Shown: in pieces, positions 1 through 9,792 of the stretch
Layout of the letters: each line of letters opens with the position of its first letter
Numbering within the stretch: the stretch's first letter is position 1
Source: Diplonema japonicum
Lineage: Eukaryota; Protista; Euglenozoa: Diplonemea
Reading direction: 5' to 3'
NCBI GenBank assembly: GCA_964019335.1
Contig: OZ025756.1
Location: 1 to 64,000, forward strand
Length of the DNA stretch: 64,000 nucleotides
The notes under the pieces: generated by a model
What the model was told of the DNA's origin: nothing
The model's input: the letters and a program-made list of their open reading frames with translations, nothing else
The model's database searches: none
Position numbers and translations under genes: made by a program

Positions 1-96
1 CTCTTTCTGTACCCCACCCTTTCGGGAGGGAGAAAAAAAAGGGGGGGGGAGTGACGGCAACCTTACACCCACGCCCCCCCCCCCCCTCCCCTCCCC

Positions 97-657
97 TCAC
101 TCATGTGCAGCTGTGTTCCAAAGTAACTGCCCTGTAACTCTCGGGTACACCATGTAGGTCCACTCAGGTGGTTTTGTTTTGTTTTCCCGATCAGCTGAGA
201 CGATATCAGACCAGTCATCCTCTCGTGAAGGGGTGACATCGGCAGCTGGTTCGTCATGGTCTGTTGTGTCCTCCTGTGGTTGCAGCAGATTGAGGATGTC
301 CTCCCCATGCTGTCGGACTCTGTCATCAAGAGAAAGCTTTCGGTTGTGGATGTGGAGCTTCTCGCAGAGCAACTCTGATTCCTCACAACCGTCATCGGTG
401 CCAAAGGCTTCGCACTTCAGACCGCCCCAGACAAGGTCCACGGCAGCCCGCCACTGTTTCTGACATTCCCGGCATCGTAGAGTCATCAACCCCTTCGCCA
501 CACGAACGTTGTCCCAGTTATTGTGCCTGCAGCACCGCTTTCGAAGTGCCACTGTCAGTCGCTTCTTCGTGAAGCCCTTGCTTGAGGGCTGCGCCGCCGT
601 ACCCGGCGACAGCAAGGGAGGAGAGGTACCGTCTGCAGGGCTGGGCATTTCTTCCAT
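97..657 (-). CDS. Cys/His-rich putative zinc-binding protein (CxHNxWDNVR...LRCxxC plus CCCH-like C-x7-C-x6-C-x3-H), ~186 aa
   Basis: ORF 97..867; the first 70 codons are homopolymer-derived, so the start is probably MEEMPS (ATG at 657). Motifs CCRHNNWDNVRV...LRCRECQKQW and CEAFGTDDGCEESELLCEKLH. Confidence 0.65.
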   Translation of the reverse strand: MEEMPSPADGTSPPLLSPGTAAQPSSKGFTKKRLTVALRKRCCRHNNWDNVRVAKGLMTLRCRECQKQWRAAVDLVWGGLKCEAFGTDDGCEESELLCEKLHIHNRKLSLDDRVRQHGEDILNLLQPQEDTTDHDEPAADVTPSREDDWSDIVSADRENKTKPPEWTYMVYPRVTGQLLWNTAAHE

Positions 658-703
<46 letters not shown>

Positions 704-919
704 CTCCTTCGTTCCCCTCCCTCCTCCCCCTCCCTCCCCTCCTCCTCGCCTCTCTCTCTCCCCCCCCCCCCCCCCCCTCCTCGCCCCCCTCCTTTGGTTT
801 TGTTTTTTTGAGTGGGGGGGGTGTTATATATCATGTGCATAAAAAATAAGAAGGGGGTGGAAGACAATAAAAAATGTGAGGGGGAAACGCGGAAACGCTT
901 TTTTTTTTTTTTTTTTTTT

Positions 920-1489
920 TATTTCACTCTTCGTCATTTTCTTCACTCACTAGGGGCCTCATTATTTAACGCGAAATGGCCATTATTTAACGCGAAACGG
1001 CCATTATTTAACGCGAAATCGCCATTATTTAACTAGTTAAATAATGAGATTTTGCAGTTAAATAATGGCCCTTCAGAGTGAAAAAATGGGTCTTGTCGTG
1101 GAAAAAAATGCACCCAACCCCTTGAAAAATTTTTTTGGGGTGGGGGTATTTTGACTATTTTTGGCCATCTGAGGCCATTCCAGCCCTTAAAAGTGGGAAT
1201 AAGTGCCTTACTTCCCCTTTAAATGCCACGGCGAAATAGCTACCCTGTATTACCTTAGGAAAATCCCCAAAAAGCTGACCTGCGTGAAAAAAAACAGCAG
1301 TGAAAGCAGTGAAGAGTGAGTGACTCAAATGACGAAGAGTGAAATAAAACGACTTACTTGCCGCCAAATGAGCCATTATTTAACACTCGTTACCCGTTTT
1401 TTTGCACTCGGGCCCTGCGGGCCCTCGTGCAAAAAATTCGGGAACTCGAGTTAAATAATGACTCATTATTTGTTGGCAATAAATAGTTA
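920..1489. mobile_element. Non-autonomous element with asymmetric TIRs and a 3' hairpin (Helentron/Helitron2-like), copy 1
   Basis: 20-bp inverted repeat at 920-939/1327-1346, ~120-nt terminal hairpin at 1358-1479, T-tracts on both sides, second copy at 23378-23770. Confidence 0.6.
960..1067. repeat. 21-bp tandem repeats (CATTATTTAACGCGAAAyssC x3) followed by a 24-bp perfect palindrome and an inverted motif copy
   Basis: Units at 960, 981, 1002; palindrome CATTATTTAACTAGTTAAATAATG at 1023-1046; inverted GTTAAATAATG at 1057-1067. Confidence 0.9.
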
Positions 1490-1523
1490 TTTTTTTTTTT
1501 TTTTTTCTTTGTAAAAAACTTGT

Positions 1524-4049
1524 TTAAAAACAATGTGTAAGTATGAGCGCTTTTCTTCGGGCCGGCTCCATGCTGTACGAGGTGCAAGAAGAGGCAAAGC
1601 TGCTGCTGTCGCTGCTGCTCGCGTCGGGTTCGATGCCTTCGCTGTCGTAGCAGTCTGCGAGGGCACACGGATAGAAGTGGTGTCTGTGGTGAACACTCTT
1701 TCGCTCCAAGAAGGAATGCCGCCTTACGGGGTCAGGGGGCAAGATCGCCCGCCGCTTCAAAGAGCCCACGTCAGACAAAGGCCCGCGAAGCCTGTCATTC
1801 AAGGAGAAGAACTGTCTAGAATGCCGTCTGTGGAGCCGCTGCTCTCTAGAAATACTATTCGGGGGAGGCTTCGGTTTCCTCAGGTTCGTCAACCCACTCT
1901 TCCCTTCAACACCTTTCTTCCCCTTCGCCGCGAAGATGCTCTTCATGACCGCCACAAACCCGCTCTCGACGGCAGAGAGCTCCCTGCCCTTCTTTTCCTT
2001 TTCCTTTTCCTCTTCCTCATCGACCGACAGTTGTGTGCTTGGCAACTCCGGAACCAAGACACGGCAAAACCTCACCAAAGGGTCTGATCTTTCTACGTTG
2101 AGCAGGTCGTTTCGGGGCGATGGAATATTCGTATCCGCGTCGTCACAGCCGAAGATGGACCCCCGCAGCTCGTTGAAAAAGGTCTTGATGCTCACTGAAC
2201 GGCCGAAGTCCGAGCGGAATTTCATTTGTAACCAGTTCTTATCGAGTCTGGAACAGGAAAGTGAACCGCTGCTACTGGCGGTCGACCCCCCGGTGATCGA
2301 CTGCTTTACTCTTCCCACAGGCGGCGGGATCACCGCAGAGGAATTCGTCGAGAATTTAAAACAGTTCGGATCGTTGGTTTTCTTGACGGATTGTTCCTTT
2401 TTCTTCACCTTTGGGACGTATCGCGGAAACATAACCTCCTGTGCATCAGACTGCTGGTAGCTGACACAGCTCTCGATGCCCAGAGATCTGTACTGCTTCT
2501 CCAAGTCCTTAATGTCTGCGGGCAGGTGCTGTTTCAGAATGAACGGCTGCAACAAAACCCTTGTCACCGACACCACTGTATTGAGCATCCCAATGCCATG
2601 CAGGTACCTGAATATGCTCTCCCGAGCCACTGTCCAAGCGTGCACGTAGCTTGTCGCAATCAGGGTAGTGGCCCACTTGTGTCGCAGCATGCAGGTGTGG
2701 CCGAGGAAGGTACCTTGCTTTGCACACCTATGGTTCTGATGGTCGTAGGCTTGGTTCGTTCCCAAGTAGATCAGCTTGTCGGCTTGGTCTGATCGAGAAA
2801 CTATGATGTCGCCTCTTAAGAAGATCTCGGGCTTTATCATAGCGAGCATTTCGGTGAACTGCTCGTGGGACAGGACGTCGGAGAAGATGGGGGCTTGCTT
2901 GGAGGCGATCTCGGTTATAGCGAACTGCTTGATACGGAGGAGGTGCGACTCGCGATGGCCCTTTGTGCGGCGGTCCATGACGTCGCTGTTCAAAATGCTT
3001 CGGAGCAGGTCAACGGACCGCTTTGCGAGGACCCACACTTCGCAGACGCTGGTGGTGATAACACTGGCGGTTTGCTGCTGGGCGTACCACACGGAGAACT
3101 CGCCGACGACCTCCCCTGCGCCCAGCCTCGCTACCTCATGGTCCACCCCATTTTGACTCAGCAGTACCTTAACCTCTCCATTCATGATATAGTAGATATT
3201 CTCTACTGTTTCGCCCTGCACGCATAGGCAGGTCCCTCTGGGCACAACATCTGCTTCGAAATACTTGACCACTTCTTCGCCCAGTTCGGATGGCACGGAC
3301 GCCACGATCGCTGATTTTTCAAGGTCTTCCCTAGTCAGAATTCTGTTGGCCATGTTCATCTTCCGCTTCAAGAGGCTCACTCCTGCAACAATGGTCTGCA
3401 CGGCTTGGGGAAGCTGTTTCAGCATTCTGAGGAAGGTGTGCGATTCGAGGAAGACCATGAAGCATTCGGAGCTTGCTCTTACGTGGACCCTCGGCTCCTC
3501 TGAGATGATGGCGTAGTCGCCGATTACCTTGGGTGCGAAGATAGTAAGGCATTGGCAGTCTTCCTTTTTTGTGGAACCAGCTGGCCGGAGTGTTACAGTC
3601 AGTGAGCCGCTAATGAATATTCCAATCGCGCGGGTGGGCTCGTTTTCGTAGAATATGGTCTCTCCTTTGCTGTATGATGTTTCAGTCGTGCTGTCCAGGA
3701 TCTCTTCCAAAACCCTCGAGGGCCAAGGCTGGAAAATATCGGAAAGGACCAGCACTCTACGTATCTGATCCCTGTTGTAATCGACCCACCGGATCTTCGT
3801 GAGCCTCTGCCTCCTCCGTTTGGCCTGCAGAAGAACGCAAAGCGGCAGCAGCAACATTTCCATCACCCACACCGCATAGTTTTCAAGACGCTTCTTAAAG
3901 ATTTCTTCTAGCCCTTCGAGCATTCTTCTACTATGCACCTTTACCTTGAACATCTGTAGGTCGGTCATGTCAGTCATAGTGAGGTATTCCCTTACTGCGT
4001 GCACCAGGTGCAGAGGCTCCTCCTCCTTGTCGGTGGTGTGCTTCATCAT
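1524..4049 (-). CDS. Protein with three cyclic-nucleotide-binding (CNB)-like domains and a low-complexity C-terminus
   Basis: ORF 1524..4322; likely start MMKHTT at 4049. CNB signatures YSKGETIFYENE...GDYAIISEEPR, VPRGTCLCVQGETVENIYYIMNGEV...GEFS, FLRGDIIVSRSDQADKLIY. Confidence 0.8.
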   Translation of the reverse strand: MMKHTTDKEEEPLHLVHAVREYLTMTDMTDLQMFKVKVHSRRMLEGLEEIFKKRLENYAVWVMEMLLLPLCVLLQAKRRRQRLTKIRWVDYNRDQIRRVLVLSDIFQPWPSRVLEEILDSTTETSYSKGETIFYENEPTRAIGIFISGSLTVTLRPAGSTKKEDCQCLTIFAPKVIGDYAIISEEPRVHVRASSECFMVFLESHTFLRMLKQLPQAVQTIVAGVSLLKRKMNMANRILTREDLEKSAIVASVPSELGEEVVKYFEADVVPRGTCLCVQGETVENIYYIMNGEVKVLLSQNGVDHEVARLGAGEVVGEFSVWYAQQQTASVITTSVCEVWVLAKRSVDLLRSILNSDVMDRRTKGHRESHLLRIKQFAITEIASKQAPIFSDVLSHEQFTEMLAMIKPEIFLRGDIIVSRSDQADKLIYLGTNQAYDHQNHRCAKQGTFLGHTCMLRHKWATTLIATSYVHAWTVARESIFRYLHGIGMLNTVVSVTRVLLQPFILKQHLPADIKDLEKQYRSLGIESCVSYQQSDAQEVMFPRYVPKVKKKEQSVKKTNDPNCFKFSTNSSAVIPPPVGRVKQSITGGSTASSSGSLSCSRLDKNWLQMKFRSDFGRSVSIKTFFNELRGSIFGCDDADTNIPSPRNDLLNVERSDPLVRFCRVLVPELPSTQLSVDEEEEKEKEKKGRELSAVESGFVAVMKSIFAAKGKKGVEGKSGLTNLRKPKPPPNSISREQRLHRRHSRQFFSLNDRLRGPLSDVGSLKRRAILPPDPVRRHSFLERKSVHHRHHFYPCALADCYDSEGIEPDASSSDSSSFASSCTSYSMEPARRKALILTHCF

Positions 4050-4350
4050 TATGCTGAGTGATTTGGATACGGAAAGGAGTGAAAAGATGAAGTGGCGGAC
4101 AAGAGAAGGTGAAAAAAGGGGGGTCAGGAGCATACAAGACTGGCCAAGAAGCGGACGTAAGGCACGCAGCACCAGTCGTTGTGTGTTGCCAGAAAAAAAA
4201 GCTTTTGGAGGGCAAATTATTTTGTGATTTGTTTTCAGTAAATATATCTGCTTGGTAGCGGAATATTTATTAATTATGGGCGCTGTTGTGCGTTGCGGGC
4301 TGCAACTCATTAACTCATGCATTCATATTATTAGGAGGCGAAAAAAAAAA

Positions 4351-5994
4351 GCCTGGGAAGGATGCGACTCTCTTGGCTTCCTACCGGCCGATCTGCCTGA
4401 CCAGCTGCCTCTGCAAGCTGCTGGAGAGGATGATCGAGGAGAGGCTCACGTTTCTTCTTGACGCGGACGGGACGGGAGTCGAGGGACTCCACGACAGCCA
4501 GGCTGGTTTCAGACGCGGCCGCTCCACGGAGGAGCAGGTGGCAACCCTCACAGAGTGCATGTCGAGGACAAAGACGATCGACGTCTCTCGGCCGCCCTGC
4601 TGTTCGACTTCTCTTCTGCTTTCGACCTGGTGCCCCATGGTGCCCTGCTGGACAAGATGCGAGGGAGGGTCTCCCCGAACCCTTCGTGGAGTGGACGCGG
4701 TCCTTTCTATGCGGCCGTACTGCTGCGGTCACGATTGGACGGTCGAGGGGGTCGACGACGAAGGTGCGACGGGGTGTCCCCCTACGCCGACGACGTGGCG
4801 GTCGTGATCTCCTCTGGACAAGGGGACATGGCTGGGCTGGAGCGGAAGCACAGTGGTGGATGCGGTTGAGGACTGGTGCAGGGAGCGTGACATGCTGCTG
4901 AGCACGTCCAAGACGCAGGCAGTCTGCGTCCCCCCCCAGAAACGTCTCGGGGTCTACTTCACTTCGTCACGAGTCCCCCTTCAGCGGTGCCTTCCAGAAC
5001 CCGCTCTTCGGCCTGGGGGTGAACGCCGATGGCACGATCTCCGGGGACCAGGAGCTGGCGGGCCTTCAGGTTGTGGAGGCGGGTGGTGTGCGGATCCGCT
5101 GCGTGCGGGACATGTATGCTGCCGTGCGACGGCCCGACGTGGATTACGTTGGCCCGTCCCCTGCCTCTGTCTGAACACGCGAGGTACCTTGGGGTGACGG
5201 TGGACTCTGGGCTCACGTTCGGTGAACACGGTCCGATGCTGCCTACGGGATCAGCGGTGGACTGTATTCGACATCCTACAAATGCGAACTCAGGGCCCTG
5301 AGGCTGGGGATCCGACTGGCGACAAGACTCAGAGAGGAAGCTTGCAAGCCAAGGGATGGTTCTGATATGCACAGATTCGCGGTCGGTGATACGGAAGATG
5401 TGCCAGGGACATATGTCGGCAGCCTCCAAAGATGACTTCGAACTCTGGCAGGAGGTCGCAAGCTTGACAGGCAGAGGCCACAAGCTAATCGTTCAATACG
5501 TCCCGAGTCACTGCGGGTACAAGTGGAACGAGAAGGCGGACCAGAAGGCAAAAGAGGCGAGCGAAAGACTGGCCCACACCCGTGAGACAGACATTGAGGT
5601 GGTTAAAACTCTGGTGAGGAAGCATGTCATCAGAAGCCACCTCCGCCTATGGAAGGATACTGGCGTCACAAGGACGTACAGGGAGCTGTTTGCCGGAAGC
5701 TTCGAGAAGTTCGAGGAGCTGGACAGAAAGAAAGAAGTGGCGATCATGAGGCTGAGGGTGGGGAAGAGCCCACTCACTTGCGGATACCTACTCATACCCC
5801 CAGTCGAGGAGGTCCCGTGCCATCTATGTTCGCAACCTCAGACTCTAAGCCACCTCCTACGGGAATGCCAAGACAAAAAGAGGATCGACCAAAGGAGTCA
5901 GATCTTCGGTGGCTCCCTTCCTTCCCTCAAAGTCCTCCTGTCGACCGACGCCTGTAAGACCGCCCAGCTCTTGGAGCGGCAGGGAACATTGTGA
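4351..5994 (+). mobile_element. Decayed, 5'-truncated ingi/L1Tc-like non-LTR retrotransposon (RT + RNase H + C-terminal Zn-knuckle-like)
   Basis: Fragments across frames: KPGKD...SYRPICLTSCLCKLLERMI, QAGFRRGRSTEEQ, LFDFSSAFDLVPH, YADDVAV, RYLGVTVDS, TDS...YVPSHCG.KWNEKAD, RLRVG...CHLC...HLLREC. Several frameshifts and internal deletions. Confidence 0.85.
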
Positions 5995-6311
5995 AAAAAC
6001 TTATAAATTATAATATATTATACTCTCTAAACATTGAGGTCTGAAGTTGTTATACGACTTCAGACAGCAATTGTTTCTAACTCAATCTCTCGACTCTGGC
6101 TTCACTCCTTTCCATTCTTTTCACCTCCCTCCCCAGTGTCTTCCCTTATTTTCCATTACCAGGCCCCTGTCCCCCGCCCCCAGTGTTATTCAAATTTTTC
6201 ACTCACCTTTCATATAGAAAGAAAAAAGAAAAAAAAAAGAAAAAAAGAAGGACAGATGATTCAAGCTTCGGTGTACACAATCGAACTTGATTTGAATTCC
6301 TTTATTTTGAG

Positions 6312-6344
<33 letters not shown>

Positions 6345-6481
6345 GTAGAACGAAACTTAATTGAATTGAATTTATTGGCTCCCGAAAGCCCAACAAGTCC
6401 AGCAGACGGTGGAGTTTCACAGTCAGCTGGTTAATTTTTCACAATTGAAACTCCTCCAAAGTTCTTAAAATCTGGGAGGTC

Positions 6482-6690
6482 GTCTCTTGTTACTAGAGGC
6501 GGCTAATGCCTCGAGACCCAGGTGCTGCCTGGTGGGTGGGATCGGTTTTATTTATTATGAAAAGAGTGGTGAGGGGGTCCAAGTAATTTACTACAGGGAG
6601 CAGCGGACCAGGACCCCTCGACCAATGGCTCAGTAACAGAGACTGCTTTTCACGAATCACTTTCAAACACCTCTCTTGGTTTGAAGTGAT
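6482..6690. ncRNA. Candidate structured RNA of unknown family
   Basis: Closing helix 6482-6494/6632-6643, internal helices (GAGGC/GCCTC, CCAGG/CCTGG, GAGGGGGTCC/GGACCCCTC), TTTT at 6647-6650, separate hairpin 6656-6690. No known family motif recognised. Confidence 0.3.
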
Positions 6691-6765
6691 GTCCCTTTCC
6701 CTTTCCCTTGAATGGTTTTCTCTACTCCCCTTCGATCCTCCCGCCTGGTAGTGGAATATTTATTA

Positions 6766-6796
6766 TTATTATTGCAAAAAAAAACGTCTCCTCGGT
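6766..6796 (+). repeat. Left target-site duplication (includes the first 8 nt of tRNA-Asp)
   Basis: TTATTATTGC-A9-CGTCTCCTCGGT matches 9690-9722 (TTATTATTGC-A11-CGTCTCCTCGGT). Confidence 0.85.
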
Positions 6797-9689
6797 GGAG
6801 TCTTCAACGTGATGCTGATGCGTCTGGGTAGGGAATCCCTGAGAATCGTTCTACAGCTGTTCAATCTCTCCTGGGCGAGCGGGCAAGTTCCGGACACGTG
6901 GAAACTGGCACTAGTCGTCCCGATCCCGAAGCCGGGCAAAGACCCCACGAAGATTGAGTCCTACCGCCCCATCAGCCTGACGAGCTGCCTCGGCAAGCTC
7001 ATGGAAAGGATGGTCGAGGCCCGCGTGACGTATCTACTTGACTCCCCGACAACGATGGTAGAGGGACTTCACCCCCAGGCTGGCTTCAGGAAAGGGAGGT
7101 CCACCGAGGAGCAGGTTGCCGCCATCGTGCAGCATGTGACGATAAAAAGGAACGCCGAAGTTAAGGAGGCATGCCTCACCATACTCTTTGACTTCTCAAA
7201 GGCGTTCGACAGGGTCAACCACGAGGCACTCATTCAGAAGATGTCTCAGAAGCGCTTCCCCACGGCCTACACCAGGTGGGTTTCCTCCTTCCTAACGTCC
7301 AGAACAGCGAGGGTAGTCGTGGAGGGTGTCAAGGGGACCCCTTACAAAATCAAGAGTGGCGTGCCTCAAGGTTCTGTACTCGGTCCAGTGCTGTTCACCA
7401 TCTTCGTGGACGACCTAGCGAGGGAACTTGAGGGTCTGGCTGGGCTCTCCACGATCTACGCGGACGACGTCGCGGTAGTAGTCTCTGCCACAACAAGGAC
7501 TGAGCTCGAGGCCAGGGCCACGGCGGTAGTGGGTGCAGTCGAAGACTGGTGTACACGATGGGGGATGCAGTTGAGCAGGGAGAAGACGCTGTACGTCCCC
7601 ACCCCCAAATGCGAACCGTACGACTTCCACGTCTACTACCCCTCGACCGGGGCGACGCATCCGGGCTTCGAATTCCAGCCGCTGGAGCTCAAGGGCCGAC
7701 TCATCGCCGGGGGACCTACTCACCTGATCGGGAGGAGGCTCCTGTCCGTTAACCGCACGGCCACGACACGACGCGACGTCTCTGCACTCGTCTCCAAAGG
7801 GCTGGTGTATGAATTCTCCACGGCCGTCCCCGTCGCGAGGCGTGACAGGGCCAAGTATCTAGGGGTCATCCTTGACGCTGACTTGTCTTTCGGTGCCCAT
7901 GCCCGCGACATCATCGAGAGATACGACAAACGAATTCGCATACTGCGGCTCCTCTCCGGCTCGTCCTGGGGCAGTTCCGCAGCATCACTCAGGTCCTTGT
8001 ACCTGGCCTACGTCCTACCGGTGTTCACCTACTCGATTGGCATCTTCTTCGCACTGATGTCTGCTCAAGACAGGAAGGCACTGTGCATGAGGCACGATGA
8101 GGCAGCCCGACGAATCACGGGGTGCGTCAAGAACACCTCCACCTCGGCTGTACTGTGTGAGGCCCGCTTGCGCCCGCTCGACCTGATGGCCGACGCTGCT
8201 TCTGCCATTCTACTGCAGAGGGCACTGAGGTGGGTGGGAACCCCGGTGAACAGGGTGGTCAGGGGTGCAGCTACCGCAGGATGGGCCTTGGGAGCGCTGA
8301 AGGCGACGAGGAGTTCTGGGCTGAGTGCGGTTGCTTCCCTACCGCTAGGGCCTGATACGAGAGCCCCCCCCTGGGCGGAAGGCATCCACGTCGATCCCTA
8401 CGCCACCGACACCAGGAGGACACTCCCCGACGATGTGAGGGCGGCAGCGGCTGCGGAAAAGCTGGACGAGATCCCAAGCGGCGCTCTGGTAGTGTACACG
8501 GACGGCTCGGTGATAAGGGGGAGAGGGGGGGCTGGGGTTGCCCTCAGAGTCCCCGACATGGACCTCACCCTTACCACCTCTCACGGGGCCGGCATGGTCT
8601 CCACACCCATGTGCGCCGAGGGCACCGCTATCCTGATGGGGTTGAAGGAGGCTGCGGAGGTGTACAAAACGGTCGTGAACCTGAGGGGCCGCCCTCTCTA
8701 CCTGCTGACCGACTCACAGACGATGCTGCGGAGGCTCGCTGGAGGCCCCGGACAGCAGAGGGAGTCCACGGACAGACGGATCTGGGATGCCGCTTCCTGG
8801 CTCAGGGCCAAACGCTCTGGTGATGTGCACTTCTGGTACATCCCCTCCCACTGCGGGGAACGAGCTCGCCGACGGAGCGGCCAGGGACGGGCTGTCGAAG
8901 TCGCCTTGCGGGGTTAGCTACCGCTCCAGCAAGGCGGCCATAAAAGCGTGGCTGAGAGGAAGGTCGCGTGCGAGATACAACAGCGACTCCCCCGGCCACC
9001 ACCGCCTCGTCACCGGTGGCGAATGTCTCTCTCTCCCACCACTCAGTAGGAGGGATGAGGTCCTGATCATTCGGCTCCGGACCGGACACACGCCTTTGAT
9101 GAGGGGGTACCTCCAGCTCAAGGGACCCCTGAGGGCTGAGGGGAGTCATCACCTCACCTGCCCCGCCTGCAACGTTCAATCACCGCTCATTCTCTGGCTC
9201 CCACAGCTAAGTCCTTCTACGACACTGGGCTGCCGCTCCGCGCGCTGCTTTCCAAGCACTCCGCCGAGGTCTGCGCCTTCATCGAGGCCTCCGGGCTCTT
9301 ATCATGGTCTGAGTGAGGGATCTTCCCCCCGGCCGACGCAGCACAAGGGTGATCGTGAGCCCATTATAGACCCCCCCCCCCCTCCCCCTTTGTCCCCCCC
9401 CCCCCCCCCCCACACACACACACTCACACGCAAATGGGCCAAGAAACAACCTCCCGGGAGGCAGCCACAGGGAAGGCCGGGAGGGCGCAGGGCGCAGCAA
9501 GAGAACGCCCCTGCGTTCAGCCTCGAGGGGACCGCCCCGAATGTAATCAGCCAGGTCGGCTGTCCCAGGAAGGGGGAACGGAGCACCGAAGGGAAGGTTC
9601 AGCCCACGTGGTGGCCCTCTCGGTTACTCCAGACAAAAGACTGGACACACCCCACACCCCTCCCCCCACCCCCAGTTTCCCCCCAGTGG
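6797..9689 (+). mobile_element. 5'-truncated ingi-like non-LTR retrotransposon inserted at the tRNA-Asp 5' end
   Basis: Flanked by the TSD. It begins mid-RT (GVFNVML..LG) and carries full RT motifs, RNase H and a structured GC-rich 3' region. Confidence 0.9.
6809..9180 (+). pseudogene. RT-RNase H polyprotein (truncated, frameshift near 8857)
   Basis: LFDFSKAFDRV, GVPQGSVLGP, YADDVAV, KYLGV, RNase H YTDGS/E/TDS/YIPSHCG. The continuation GNELAD...RLRTGH...CPAC is in another frame (ORF 8787..9809). Confidence 0.85.
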
Positions 9690-9714
9690 TTATTATTGCA
9701 AAAAAAAAAACGTC

Positions 9715-9786
9715 TCCTCGGTAGTATAGAGGTCAGTATATCCGCCTGTCACGCGGATGACCCGGGTTCAATTCCCGGCCGGGGAA
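9715..9786 (+). tRNA. tRNA-Asp(GTC)
   Basis: Cloverleaf: acceptor TCCTCGG/CCGGGGA, anticodon arm TCCGC-CTGTCAC-GCGGA, T arm CCGGG-TTCAATT-CCCGG. Discriminator is A. Confidence 0.92.
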
Positions 9787-9792
9787 TTTTTT
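9787..9792 (+). terminator. Pol III oligo(T) terminator of tRNA-Asp
   Basis: T run directly after the discriminator base. Confidence 0.75.

Noticed and set aside
5-13. TTTCTGTAC as spliced-leader core
   Set aside because: Flanking bases do not match an SL exon or donor site.
960-1046. CRISPR-like array
   Set aside because: Contiguous 21-bp repeats with no unique spacers, inside a dispersed eukaryotic repeat; no cas genes.
4321-6050. TSD for retroelement 1
   Set aside because: No matching direct repeat found at its flanks; the element is decayed.
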